Translations under genes and position numbers: made by a program
The notes under the pieces: model-generated
Databases searched by the model: none
Seen by the model: only the letters and a program-made list of their open reading frames with translations
What the model was told of the DNA's origin: nothing
In this document: one piece after another, positions 52,200 to 61,738 of the stretch
Layout of the letters: the number at the start of each line of letters is the position of its first letter
How positions within the stretch are numbered: the stretch's first letter is position 1
Assembly: GCA_001773775.1 (NCBI GenBank)
Contig: MEXR01000032.1
Location: 7,266-71,265, forward strand
DNA from: Candidatus Amesbacteria bacterium RIFOXYB1_FULL_44_23
GTDB taxonomy: Bacteria; Patescibacteriota; Microgenomatia; CAZETR01; Amesbacteraceae
Direction: 5' to 3'
DNA length: 64,000 bases

Positions 52200-54248
52200 A
52201 TGAACTTGATTATTGTTGAGTCGCCAACTAAAGCCAGGACACTGGCTCGTTTTTTGGGGGCTGGATTTGAAATCCGAGCCAGTTACGGCCATGTCAGAGA
52301 TTTGCCACAAAGAAAGATGGGGGTAAAGATCATTTCTCCTAAGGCTAAAGATTCAGACGGATCGGGTGAATACAAATTCGTGCCCGAATATGTGATGGTG
52401 GATAAGCAAAAGGAGAGAGTAGATGAGATTAAGAAGTTGAGCGAACAGGCTGAGAAAGTATACCTGGCAACAGACCCTGACCGAGAAGGAGAAGCAATTG
52501 CCTGGCACGTGGGACAAGTGCTGGACGTCAAAGGGCTCACCCGGCGAATTGAGTTTCATGAAATTACCGAGAAAGCGATTAAGCTAGCTTTGGAAGATCC
52601 GCGGGAGATTGATACTAAGCTCGTAGACGCCCAACAGGCCAGAAGAATTCTGGACCGGTTGGTGGGATACAAGTTGTCACCTCTTTTGTGGAGAAAAATC
52701 AGAAAAGGACTGTCGGCCGGAAGAGTGCAGAGTGTGGCCGTTCGGCTAATTGTTGATAGGGAACGGGAGATTGAAGCGTTTAAGCCGGAGGAGTATTGGA
52801 ACATCTCAGTTCTGGTTAAGGATGGCCAAAATTCAAAATTTGCGGTAACGCTGGTAGAAAAAAACGGGGAGAAAATAAAAGTTGTCAACGGTGATCAGGC
52901 ACATCAGGTAGAGGAAGATTTGCGACAGGCGATGTATGAAGTTGAGAAGGTGGAGGAGAAGGAAATTAAAAAGTCGCCCCCGGCTCCGTTTACTACTTCC
53001 AGTTTGCAGCAAACAGCGGCAAACAAACTTGGATGGACAGCCAAAAGAACCATGCAGGTGGCTCAAATGCTGTACGAGGAAGGCTACATAACGTATCACA
53101 GGACCGATTCAACCAATGTTGCTACGGAGGCAGCTGAGGGAGTGGCGGTATTTATCACCAACGGCTTCGGGAAGGAATATGCTTTGGATAAACCAAGGTT
53201 TTATAAGACAAAATCAAAAGTGGCCCAAGAGGCACATGAGGCAATCAGGCCTACAGATTTTAGCTCTCAGCACACTGAACATTCGGCACAATTAAACAGG
53301 GATCAGGCCAGATTGTATGAGTTGATATGGAAAAGATTTGTAGGCTGCCAGATGGCGGAAGCGACCGGGGTAAGTGTCAAAGTAAGCGTGAGTGGTAAAA
53401 CCAGCGGAGCAAGTTATGGACTGGAAGCAAAAGGGGAAACGATTAAGTTTGATGGCTGGTTGAAGCTGTATGAAACCGGCGGCCGAAAGGTGCAAGCGGC
53501 AACCGAGGAGTTGGACGAGAAAGAAAATGAAGTGCTGACTTTGCCGGAGATAAAAACAGGTGAGAAATTGGAGTTTGTAGATTTTTCTGGCGAGCAGAAA
53601 TTCACCCAACCTCCGGCTAGGTACAATGACGCCTCTTTAATCAAGGCGCTGGAGGAAAGAGGTATCGGCAGGCCGAGTACGTATGCTCCGATACTGACTA
53701 CGATTCAGGAGCGCCAGTATGTGGAAAGACTGGAAAAAAGACTGAAACCGACCAGTCTGGGAATTGCGGTAAGCGATTTTCTGGTAGCAAACTTTACCGG
53801 GATCGTGGATTACGGATTTACGGCCAGAATGGAGGATGAACTGGACGAAATTGCTAACGGGGACAGACTGTGGCAGCCGACTATTTCTGAGTTCTACGGT
53901 CCATTTGAAGCAGAACTATTAAAAGTCTCGGAAACGGCTCAAAGAGTCAAAGTAGAAGTGGAAATTACCGGGGACAAATGTCCGACATGCGGGCAGGGAG
54001 ATGTGGTGGTCAGGATAGGCAAGTTCGGCAAGTTTTTGGCCTGCAGTAGGTATCCGGAATGCACTTACAAAGCTAATTGGCAGGAAAAAATCGGAGTGGC
54101 TTGTCCCAAATGCGGCGGAGATGTAATTATGAGGAAAACAAAGTCGCACAAGAATTTTTACGGCTGCAGCAATTATCCGAACTGTGATTTTGCCAGTTGG
54201 ACTAAGCCTAAAGCAGAGGCTACGGAAACAGGAGGAAAAAATGAGTGA
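52200..54248 (+). CDS. topA: DNA topoisomerase I
   Basis: TOPRIM (LIIVESPTKARTLARFLG, YGHVRDLP), catalytic Tyr region, C-terminal zinc ribbons (CPTCGQGD..., CPKCGGD...). Confidence 0.9.
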   Translation: MNLIIVESPTKARTLARFLGAGFEIRASYGHVRDLPQRKMGVKIISPKAKDSDGSGEYKFVPEYVMVDKQKERVDEIKKLSEQAEKVYLATDPDREGEAIAWHVGQVLDVKGLTRRIEFHEITEKAIKLALEDPREIDTKLVDAQQARRILDRLVGYKLSPLLWRKIRKGLSAGRVQSVAVRLIVDREREIEAFKPEEYWNISVLVKDGQNSKFAVTLVEKNGEKIKVVNGDQAHQVEEDLRQAMYEVEKVEEKEIKKSPPAPFTTSSLQQTAANKLGWTAKRTMQVAQMLYEEGYITYHRTDSTNVATEAAEGVAVFITNGFGKEYALDKPRFYKTKSKVAQEAHEAIRPTDFSSQHTEHSAQLNRDQARLYELIWKRFVGCQMAEATGVSVKVSVSGKTSGASYGLEAKGETIKFDGWLKLYETGGRKVQAATEELDEKENEVLTLPEIKTGEKLEFVDFSGEQKFTQPPARYNDASLIKALEERGIGRPSTYAPILTTIQERQYVERLEKRLKPTSLGIAVSDFLVANFTGIVDYGFTARMEDELDEIANGDRLWQPTISEFYGPFEAELLKVSETAQRVKVEVEITGDKCPTCGQGDVVVRIGKFGKFLACSRYPECTYKANWQEKIGVACPKCGGDVIMRKTKSHKNFYGCSNYPNCDFASWTKPKAEATETGGKNE

Positions 54249-54618
54249 TCAGTCCAGTCGGGAAGATGAGCCAAGGGTGCATAGCGCCGCCGCCAGAACG
54301 GTTAGAGACGGAACGGCAGTAACAGTGGTAACACTCCTAGCTTCCGCTATTTCCGAAAAGTTTGGGGGAGGGGGGTTTGCGGTTGGACTGTTAGCTATGA
54401 CAATTCTGGCTGGAGTGCAAGCGGTGTCTAAAGTCGAGGCGCATCAGGAGTTGAACGGAGCAAAGATAGAAGAGGTTCCGGGGGCGGGTTTAGTACGTGA
54501 AGTGAGGGCGCAGACTGAAGCTTTTCTGGCTGTACTTAAAAATCTGAGAAGGGAGCCGAAATCAGAAGAGCGGGAGAAAGTAAGCGGGGGGATACAGGAG
54601 TTATCAAACGGAGATTAA
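54241..54618 (+). CDS. Hypothetical protein with hydrophobic core segment
   Basis: ATG overlaps the topA stop (ATGAGTGA); 126 aa. Confidence 0.35.
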   Translation: MSDQSSREDEPRVHSAAARTVRDGTAVTVVTLLASAISEKFGGGGFAVGLLAMTILAGVQAVSKVEAHQELNGAKIEEVPGAGLVREVRAQTEAFLAVLKNLRREPKSEEREKVSGGIQELSNGD

Positions 54619-54675
54619 ATCGGTTTGGATCGTACAACACATTGCAAATAGTGTTGGTTTGAGTAAAATAAGCCA

Positions 54676-55281
54676 ATGAGTGCAAGGAAAGGTTTGTTTG
54701 TGGTGCTTTACGGTCCATCCGGAGTAGGTAAGACCAAACAACTGGATTTGTTGGAAGAAAGATTGAGACGGGAGGGAATAGTAAATAAAAGAGTGGAGTA
54801 TCCGATTTACGATTTGGCGGAAGCAGGACCAACGTTAAAAAAGATTTTATGGAGGCAAAAAGCAGCCCCAGCCGAAGAACAAATGCAGGAACTGTTCGCC
54901 CAGAACAGACGGGATTTCGAGCCCACCCTGAGAACGTGGCTTGATTCAGGAGTGACTGTTCTGGCTGAAGACTACAAAGGTACGGGAATTGTGTGGGGGT
55001 CAGTAAGAGGAGTGGATCCAAAGAGAGTGGAAGAGATCAATGATGGATTTGAAGATCCGGATGTGTCGATACTGATTGACGGACCAAGAAGACTGGATTT
55101 ACGACCCGGGGAGGGTCACATCTACCAACAGAACGAGGATGAGTGGTATCGGGCCAGAAAGATGTACCTGGGAATGGCTGACAAATACGGCTGGATAAGA
55201 GTCGGAGCGGATGCTCCGATTTTGACTGTGGCCGGTAGGATTTGGACTGTGGTTAGACTAGCACTGGCGATGAAGAAGTAA
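54676..55281 (+). CDS. P-loop nucleotide kinase, thymidylate-kinase-like (second copy)
   Basis: Walker A VVLYGPSGVGKT in the N-terminal position; NMP-kinase-like layout; low similarity to the bona fide tmk at 57002. Confidence 0.45.
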   Translation: MSARKGLFVVLYGPSGVGKTKQLDLLEERLRREGIVNKRVEYPIYDLAEAGPTLKKILWRQKAAPAEEQMQELFAQNRRDFEPTLRTWLDSGVTVLAEDYKGTGIVWGSVRGVDPKRVEEINDGFEDPDVSILIDGPRRLDLRPGEGHIYQQNEDEWYRARKMYLGMADKYGWIRVGADAPILTVAGRIWTVVRLALAMKK

Positions 55282-55712
55282 TGCGAGTCAAGATTAAGAG
55301 GTTCGATTTGAGTTTGCCCTTGCCTGAATATAAAACAGCTAAGGCTACTTCTGCAGATCTAAATGCCAGAGAACGCGTGGAAATAAAACCAGGTGAAGTA
55401 AAACTGATCGGTTTAAATATTGCCATAAAAATACCCAACGGATATGTGGGGATTTTGGCAGCTAGAAGTTCAACTCATAAGTTAGGATTAATGGCGGCAA
55501 ACGGTGTGGGAATAATCGATCCGGATTATTGCGGAGATGAAGATGAATGGAAGCTGGCGGCTTTCAATTTTACAAAGAAAAAAGTGGTGGTGGAGAAGGG
55601 GACTCGAATTGCTCAGGTGTTGTTTTTGCCTTGTAAAAGGGCGAAGTGGACGGAGGTTAAAAAAATGGGAATCAGGAACAGAGGAGGATTTGGAACAACG
55701 GGAGTTAAGTAG
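55281..55712 (+). CDS. dut: dUTP diphosphatase
   Basis: dUTPase motifs: ATSADLNA, AARSSTHKLG, GVGIIDPDYCGDE, RIAQVLF, NRGGFGTTG. Confidence 0.9.
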   Translation: MRVKIKRFDLSLPLPEYKTAKATSADLNARERVEIKPGEVKLIGLNIAIKIPNGYVGILAARSSTHKLGLMAANGVGIIDPDYCGDEDEWKLAAFNFTKKKVVVEKGTRIAQVLFLPCKRAKWTEVKKMGIRNRGGFGTTGVK

Positions 55713-55772
55713 TGTGGAAATTTGTAATAAAACCGTTGGTAATTTAAATAGAAGTGTGATAGAAATTTGTGA

Positions 55773-56636
55773 ATGAAATTGGAAGACGGAAGCTATGCGC
55801 CGGCGGAATTTGCACAGGAGTTTGTGGCCAACAGGACTGATTTGACGTATCACGCACTACTACATCGGGTTTTAACTGAAGGGGAAAGGCGGCCAGACAG
55901 GACAGGAGTGGGTACAATCGGAGTATTTGGACATTTTATGGAGTTTGATTTAAGAACACACTTTCCTCTTGGTACCACCAAGAGGTTAAGTTTTAAATCT
56001 ATAGCGGAAGAGCTGTTATGGTTTTTGAGAGGTGAGCAGAATATCCGTTCTTTGCAGGAGCGGGGGGTCAGCATTTGGGATGAGTGGGCTGATGCTGATG
56101 GTAATTTGGGACCGGTATATGGAGTGCAATGGCGAGGTTGGATGACAGCAGGTGGGCAGCGGGTTGATCAAATCGCTAATGTGATTAATGATTTGAGACA
56201 TAATCCACATAGCCGGAGACACATTGTGAGCGCATGGAACGTGGGTGAGATACAGAAGATGGCACTACCTCCGTGCCATTTGTTAGTTCAATTTTACGTG
56301 GATGCCCAAAAAAAATTGTCTGGTCAAATGTATCAACGTTCGGCTGATATTTTTTTGGGGGTGCCGTTTAATATAGCTTCATATGCATTGTTAACCCGGA
56401 TGGTGGCCCAGGTGGTCGGACTTGAACCCGGTTGGCTTAAAATGATTTTAGGGGACGCTCATTTGTATTTGAATCACCTGGAACAGGCAAGGGAACAGTT
56501 AAGCCGGACGCCATTTCCTTCACCAAGGTTGGAGCTGGATCCGGGAGTGACCGAGATTGATGATTTTAGATTTGAACATATTAAGTTGGTTGGCTACCAA
56601 TCTCATCCTTCAATAAAAGCTCAGATTGCGGTGTAG
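55773..56636 (+). CDS. thyA: Thymidylate synthase (ThyA)
   Basis: [29 protein letters not shown] (catalytic Cys), folate-binding region. Confidence 0.9.
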   Translation: MKLEDGSYAPAEFAQEFVANRTDLTYHALLHRVLTEGERRPDRTGVGTIGVFGHFMEFDLRTHFPLGTTKRLSFKSIAEELLWFLRGEQNIRSLQERGVSIWDEWADADGNLGPVYGVQWRGWMTAGGQRVDQIANVINDLRHNPHSRRHIVSAWNVGEIQKMALPPCHLLVQFYVDAQKKLSGQMYQRSADIFLGVPFNIASYALLTRMVAQVVGLEPGWLKMILGDAHLYLNHLEQAREQLSRTPFPSPRLELDPGVTEIDDFRFEHIKLVGYQSHPSIKAQIAV

Positions 56637-56997
56637 GGGGGGTGTGATATATTGGGCGGAAATGATGGTAGAGCAGGAAGTGATGAAAATCAGACCCAGG
56701 TTGCGAATCGGAGCAGCAGGACAAATGACTTTTTTGGCAGGGACCAGAGCTCAGGTAGAACGATCCCACAGGCGGGCGATAGGAATAGGACCAAAAGAGG
56801 AGGAGGCCAAACGAGAAGAAATGTTGGAAAGTTTGGATTATCATCCACGTTACTTGGCACTTGGCTGTCCGCAGTTTTTTGAATTTAGATTCGGAGCAGA
56901 TCTGACAGAATGGATATGCCGCTTGGACGAACCGGGTGATCCTAGGTGTATGAGTAGAAATATGTCACTCGCATTAAAGTTACTTAAGAAGTTGTGA
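56626..56997 (+). CDS. Hypothetical protein in the thyA-tmk gap (position usually occupied by folA)
   Basis: 123 aa (111 from the internal Met); no DHFR motifs. Confidence 0.35.
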   Translation: MRCRGGVIYWAEMMVEQEVMKIRPRLRIGAAGQMTFLAGTRAQVERSHRRAIGIGPKEEEAKREEMLESLDYHPRYLALGCPQFFEFRFGADLTEWICRLDEPGDPRCMSRNMSLALKLLKKL

Positions 56998-57001
56998 TAT
57001 A

Positions 57002-57667
57002 TTGTGCGAAATGGGGACTGAAAAAGGGGCATTTATTACTTTTGAGGGTGATGACGGGTGTGGAAAAACGAGCACAATTGGTGAGATCGCTCCAACATTG
57101 ATGAAGATGGGGGTATCTGTATTGTCTGTCCATGAACCAGGTGGGACACAAATAAGCGAACAGATAAGGGGTGTGTTGAGTGCTCATGGAAATCACATGA
57201 TCAGTCCTAGAACTGAGGCATTATTATTTCAAGGAGCCAGGGCTCAGTTGGTGGATGAAAAAATTTTGCCATGGTTGAAAGCAGGGGGAGTGGTATTATC
57301 TGACAGGTTTTACGATAGCACTTTGGCGTATCAGGGTTATGCCAGGGGATTGGACATGGGGGAGTTGAGGCAATTGATAAAATTTGCAACTGGCGGTCTG
57401 AAGCCAGATTTAACTCTTTTTTTTGATGTGCAACCAGAGATTGGGTTGGCTCGGGCTAGTGGGAGAGGTGAAATGGATCGGCTAGATTTGGAAAAATTGC
57501 CTTTCCACAAGAAAGTCTACGAAGGATATCAGGCGTTGATGAAAGAGGAGCCACAGAGATGGAGAAGGGTTGATGCTGGGAAGGATTTGGTCAGTGTTCA
57601 GGCGGAGGCGACAGGCTTGGTGTTGGAATTTTTACGATTAAGAGGAATAGGGCTTTTAGGGTTATAA
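57002..57667 (+). CDS. tmk: Thymidylate kinase
   Basis: FITFEGDDGCGKTS (P-loop), HEPGGT, DRFYDSTLAYQG (DRF.DS..AYQG). Confidence 0.9.
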   Translation: MCEMGTEKGAFITFEGDDGCGKTSTIGEIAPTLMKMGVSVLSVHEPGGTQISEQIRGVLSAHGNHMISPRTEALLFQGARAQLVDEKILPWLKAGGVVLSDRFYDSTLAYQGYARGLDMGELRQLIKFATGGLKPDLTLFFDVQPEIGLARASGRGEMDRLDLEKLPFHKKVYEGYQALMKEEPQRWRRVDAGKDLVSVQAEATGLVLEFLRLRGIGLLGL

Positions 57668-57668
57668 T

Positions 57669-59003
57669 TTGGGGATGGATAAACAAGTGGGGGAGTTGAT
57701 TTACCAGGAGGAAGAAAGACAGCAAAAAACTCTGGCGCTTATTCCTTCAGAGAATTATGCCAGCCCGGCAGTTCGTGAAGCGATGGCCAGCTGCTTTGCC
57801 AACAAGTATGCAGAAGGGTATCCCCAAAAAAGATACTACCAAGGAAACGAAGTGGTCGATAAGTTAGAACGGTTGTGTCAGGAAAGGGCACAAAAGTTGT
57901 TTGGTGTACCCCATGTAAACGTTCAACCATTGTCCGGAGCGCCGGCAAATCTGGCAATAATTAAAGCATTATGGTCGGATAAAAATGATGTTCAATTATC
58001 TCAATTATTGTCTTCAGGGGGCCATTTATCTATGGGCCAGGAAGTGTCAGTTACTAACATGGTGATGCCGGCTGTTTTTTACACTTTGGACAAATCAGGC
58101 GAGATTAACTGGGAGGAACTTTTTGCCAAAGCCAGAGAGCACAAGCCAAGAATCATCTGGTCCGGGGGAACCGGTTACACCAGGATATTTCATTGGGAGA
58201 AGTACAGACTGATTGCTGACGAAGTGGGGGCCTATTTTGTGGCCGACATTTCGCATATCGGAGGACTGGTGGCAGGGGGAGCTCATCCGACACCTGTGCC
58301 TTATGCAGATGTAGTGATGACGACGACCCATAAATCACTGCGAGGCCCTCGGGGAGCTATGATTATGGTGACTGATCGGGGACTGAAAAAGGATCCTGAC
58401 TTGGGTCAAAAAATTGATAAGGCAGTTTTTCCGGGAACTCAGGGTGGGCCTCACATGGAAAATGTAGCTGCCTTGGTGGTGGCTTTGGCAGAGGCGGGGA
58501 CAGAAGAGTTTAAAGAGTACTCCAGACAGATTGTAGCTAACGCCAACACTTTAGCTTCTGAACTGGCCATCCGGGGTTATGAACTGGTTGGGGGAGGAAC
58601 TGAGAATCATATGGTGTGGATTGATTTAAGCAACAAAGGGATTGACGGTTGGACTGCGGCCTGGGCGCTTGAATACGCCGGAATGATTGCCAACCGACAA
58701 ACCGTGCCTGATGATGCCAAGTCGGCTTATTATCCTTCGGGGCTACGGTTGGGAACTCCGGCTGTGACCACCAGGGGAATGAAAGAAGCCGAGATGAAAA
58801 CAATCGCCGGGTGGATTGATAAAGCGGTGGAGAGTTGCCGGGTTGCGGTTGGCAGCAAATACAAAGATATCGGAAATCCGGATAAAGTGAAAGACCAGGA
58901 GGCGAGAAAGAAATTCAAAGATGAGATGGCTTCAGATGCCGTTCTGGCTGGAATTAAAAAAGAAGTTGAAGAGTTGTGCGGGAGGTTTTTATGCCCGCGG
59001 TAA
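57669..59003 (+). CDS. glyA: Serine hydroxymethyltransferase
   Basis: LIPSENYASPAVREAMAS, TTHKSLRGPRGAMI (PLP lysine). Confidence 0.9.
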   Translation: MGMDKQVGELIYQEEERQQKTLALIPSENYASPAVREAMASCFANKYAEGYPQKRYYQGNEVVDKLERLCQERAQKLFGVPHVNVQPLSGAPANLAIIKALWSDKNDVQLSQLLSSGGHLSMGQEVSVTNMVMPAVFYTLDKSGEINWEELFAKAREHKPRIIWSGGTGYTRIFHWEKYRLIADEVGAYFVADISHIGGLVAGGAHPTPVPYADVVMTTTHKSLRGPRGAMIMVTDRGLKKDPDLGQKIDKAVFPGTQGGPHMENVAALVVALAEAGTEEFKEYSRQIVANANTLASELAIRGYELVGGGTENHMVWIDLSNKGIDGWTAAWALEYAGMIANRQTVPDDAKSAYYPSGLRLGTPAVTTRGMKEAEMKTIAGWIDKAVESCRVAVGSKYKDIGNPDKVKDQEARKKFKDEMASDAVLAGIKKEVEELCGRFLCPR

Positions 59004-59758
59004 TTTTTGACGGAAAAAAACTGGCTTTTGAAATTACAAAAGAACTGGAGATGAAAGTAGCCGGGTTGAATAAGAAAAAAGGCAGAAGATTGAAGCTGGT
59101 AACTATTTATAACCCGGATCATGAACCAAGCCGGGTGTACTCGAATATTAAGCAGAAAAAAGCAGAGGAAATCGGGGTGGAGTTTGAGAAGGTGCCGGTT
59201 GGGGGAATGACAGTGGAGCAAATAAGCCGAATAATTGGAAAGCTCAATTTGGATTTATCAGTGGACGGGGTGATGGTCCAATTGCCGTTGGGAACTGCAA
59301 ACGACAAAGAATTAATTGATCAAATTGATTTAAAAAAAGACGTTGACGGACTTAGGGCTAACTCGGTGATAGTGCCGGCAACGGTGAGGGCAGTTTTAAA
59401 AATTCTGGGAGAATTATCTGAACAAAATAATAGTAAGGTGCTGGTGGTCGGTAACCTGGGGTTGGTGGGGGCAAGGTTACAAAAGGAACTGGGGTGTGAA
59501 GGAATGGACAAACATAACTTCGATTCGGAGAAAATTAAAAGCTTCGATGTAGTGATTGGCTGTACGGGTGAAGCGGGGCTAATCAAAGCCGAGATGGTCA
59601 AACAGGGTGTGGTGGCAATTGATGTAGGGTATCCGGTGGGGGATTTTGAACCAGATGTGGCTGATTCAGCTTCATTTTTAACCCCGGTACCCGGCGGAGT
59701 GGGACCGGTGACGGTGGCGATGTTGTTTGCAAATTTGGTGGACCTGGTGTCGGATTGA
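58991..59758 (+). CDS. folD: Bifunctional methylenetetrahydrofolate dehydrogenase/cyclohydrolase
   Basis: IFDGKKLA start, ...YSNIKQKKAEEIGV..., C-terminal TPVPGGVGPVTVAML. Start trimmed to MPAVIF (overlaps the glyA end by 13 nt). Confidence 0.85.
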   Translation: MPAVIFDGKKLAFEITKELEMKVAGLNKKKGRRLKLVTIYNPDHEPSRVYSNIKQKKAEEIGVEFEKVPVGGMTVEQISRIIGKLNLDLSVDGVMVQLPLGTANDKELIDQIDLKKDVDGLRANSVIVPATVRAVLKILGELSEQNNSKVLVVGNLGLVGARLQKELGCEGMDKHNFDSEKIKSFDVVIGCTGEAGLIKAEMVKQGVVAIDVGYPVGDFEPDVADSASFLTPVPGGVGPVTVAMLFANLVDLVSD

Positions 59759-59784
59759 CTATCCTATAGTTTTATGGTTAAATT

Positions 59785-60627
59785 GTGGGTATGAGTTTGG
59801 CGGAGACATTACATTTAGGTGAGGCGGCGGCTGTCTGGAGTGGTAGGTTTAATAAGAGTGGGGTTGAGAGTAAAGCGAGCGCGCAGCGAGTTCCGGAAGA
59901 TAAGAAAGAGAGACGGAGTTTTATGGCCGACAAGTGGAGCAAGTATGAGTCCAGGCTGATGACAGGCGAAATGTCGGTTCAGGAGGCAGTTGATGAGGCC
60001 AGACTGCAAACACGAGACGAGAGACGCCGGCTGGCACAGTCATTGTCCGGACGAATGAAAACCCGGGAAATGCGGGCATGGGCCACTGAACTGGAAGACG
60101 AACGCAGTGTTTGGTATGGAGTGAATCAAAAATTTCGAGGACAGGGAGAGGCCAGGATGGCAGCGGCCAAAAAGATTTACAGAGAACGACAAATGGTATT
60201 GTCAGAAGTGCCGTTACCTAAATCCGAGTTGGCAGACCCTAATTTAACCAGAAGAGCCGGATTGGCACTGACTTTGATGCAGGCCAGAGCAGAAGAGATA
60301 GTTGGACAAAAACCGGCTGGGAAAGTTTCGGGACAAGACAATCAACTTTCTGAACAGCCAGTGCAGAAGATATATTTAGAGGGTCAAGGCGGGGAAATAG
60401 TTTTGTATCAGCTGCGAAAAGCGGCGATCAGGCTGGATCGGGCCAATCGGGCGGTTGAGAGGTTCTTGGACCAGGGAGGATGTGGCAGGCTGGTGGGTGT
60501 GGCATTATTGGGATTGGCAGGACTTCTTGTTTGGCAGCTAGTCGACAATTACTCCGTTGTGTCGGAGTTTATTACTTGCGGCCCGGGTGGATATAATGAT
60601 TGCGGTTGGTTAAAGCCTGAGCCTTAA
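59785..60627 (+). CDS. Hypothetical protein with C-terminal TM helix
   Basis: 280 aa, charged and helical, TM at the C-terminus (LVGVALLGLAGLLVWQL). Confidence 0.4.
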   Translation: MGMSLAETLHLGEAAAVWSGRFNKSGVESKASAQRVPEDKKERRSFMADKWSKYESRLMTGEMSVQEAVDEARLQTRDERRRLAQSLSGRMKTREMRAWATELEDERSVWYGVNQKFRGQGEARMAAAKKIYRERQMVLSEVPLPKSELADPNLTRRAGLALTLMQARAEEIVGQKPAGKVSGQDNQLSEQPVQKIYLEGQGGEIVLYQLRKAAIRLDRANRAVERFLDQGGCGRLVGVALLGLAGLLVWQLVDNYSVVSEFITCGPGGYNDCGWLKPEP

Positions 60628-60645
60628 TTAGCCTTTTTAATCTAA

Positions 60646-61719
60646 ATGATAGACACGTCTGAGCCAGTGCCTATAGGTGAACTGCTTTTTTTAGGAAGAA
60701 AGTTTGAGTGGAGTAAAAACTTGTTGGAGCCGGAAAAAGTCAGGAATCAATTTCAAGCCTTTACTAAAACCCACCCGGAAATTGCCATTTCGGCTCAGGA
60801 GACCGTAAACACCATCACTACCAGCAACAAGATGGCAGCAGAAATATATGAACGATTTTGCCCGGCGGAATACTTAAATTTGGTTTACCACAACGCGGAT
60901 CATGAAGCAGTTACCGGACTGACCGGTCTGAAACTGTTTTTGGGTGGATTGGTCAAACTAGCAGACAAGCCGGAGTATAAGGAGTATTTTGGTGACAGGC
61001 AGAAAGTGGGAAAGCTGATAACCACCGTGGCTTTTTGTCTGGCTAACCATGAAGTGGACGACTGGTTTGATAGGATGGATGAGAATTTTAATCAGGAACA
61101 GATAGAACAAAAGCAGGCGGTGATTGCTGACGGGAAAGCAAAAGTAAGAGAACTTTTAGAAGTGCAAAAAATTAACCCATGGGATTTTCAGGGCTTGGTT
61201 AGTTTGGATGCGTTTTCTGAACCGGTTGAGGTATCTCTTAAGAAGGCAACTGATACACCACAGGCGATTCGGGATTTTTTGGAAGTGGGCAGACAGTCAC
61301 AGTCGGAGGTATTGGCTGATTTGGTTTCGGATAAAGGCCTGAGACAAGAGATACTGCGGGTATATGCAAATTCGGTCAGAGCAGCTGATTTTATGCAGAT
61401 ATTTAATCCGGCCTACAGACAGGAAATTCAGGTCAGGGGAGAGGATGGCCAGGTGCTGCGCAAGACCGCGGGGACAATTGCTTTGGCAACCGAAGTGATC
61501 AAATTCAGACCGAAAATGATTTCCGGAGCGGGGTGGTCAAAAAACGGAGATGGGGTGCTTGATTGGGGGAAAGTAGGCATGGATGCCGGGTTTTACCTGA
61601 AACTGGCCAAACCAAATATTGAATTGGGGCTTAATTATATGAGAAATTTTGATGCGGGTGAGTACGACCGGGCGATGGCAGTGAAAGGGGAATACGATAA
61701 CCGATTTGGAGCGAGTTAA
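60646..61719 (+). CDS. Hypothetical protein, possible HD-like metal site (HNADHE)
   Basis: 357 aa; immediately upstream of the GGDEF gene. Confidence 0.4.
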   Translation: MIDTSEPVPIGELLFLGRKFEWSKNLLEPEKVRNQFQAFTKTHPEIAISAQETVNTITTSNKMAAEIYERFCPAEYLNLVYHNADHEAVTGLTGLKLFLGGLVKLADKPEYKEYFGDRQKVGKLITTVAFCLANHEVDDWFDRMDENFNQEQIEQKQAVIADGKAKVRELLEVQKINPWDFQGLVSLDAFSEPVEVSLKKATDTPQAIRDFLEVGRQSQSEVLADLVSDKGLRQEILRVYANSVRAADFMQIFNPAYRQEIQVRGEDGQVLRKTAGTIALATEVIKFRPKMISGAGWSKNGDGVLDWGKVGMDAGFYLKLAKPNIELGLNYMRNFDAGEYDRAMAVKGEYDNRFGAS

Positions 61720-61738
61720 TTTGGTATCATGAGGGGAT

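Noticed and set aside
52283-53644. Multiple minus-strand ORFs (85-110 aa) inside topA
   Set aside because: They are antisense to a well-supported topA reading frame.
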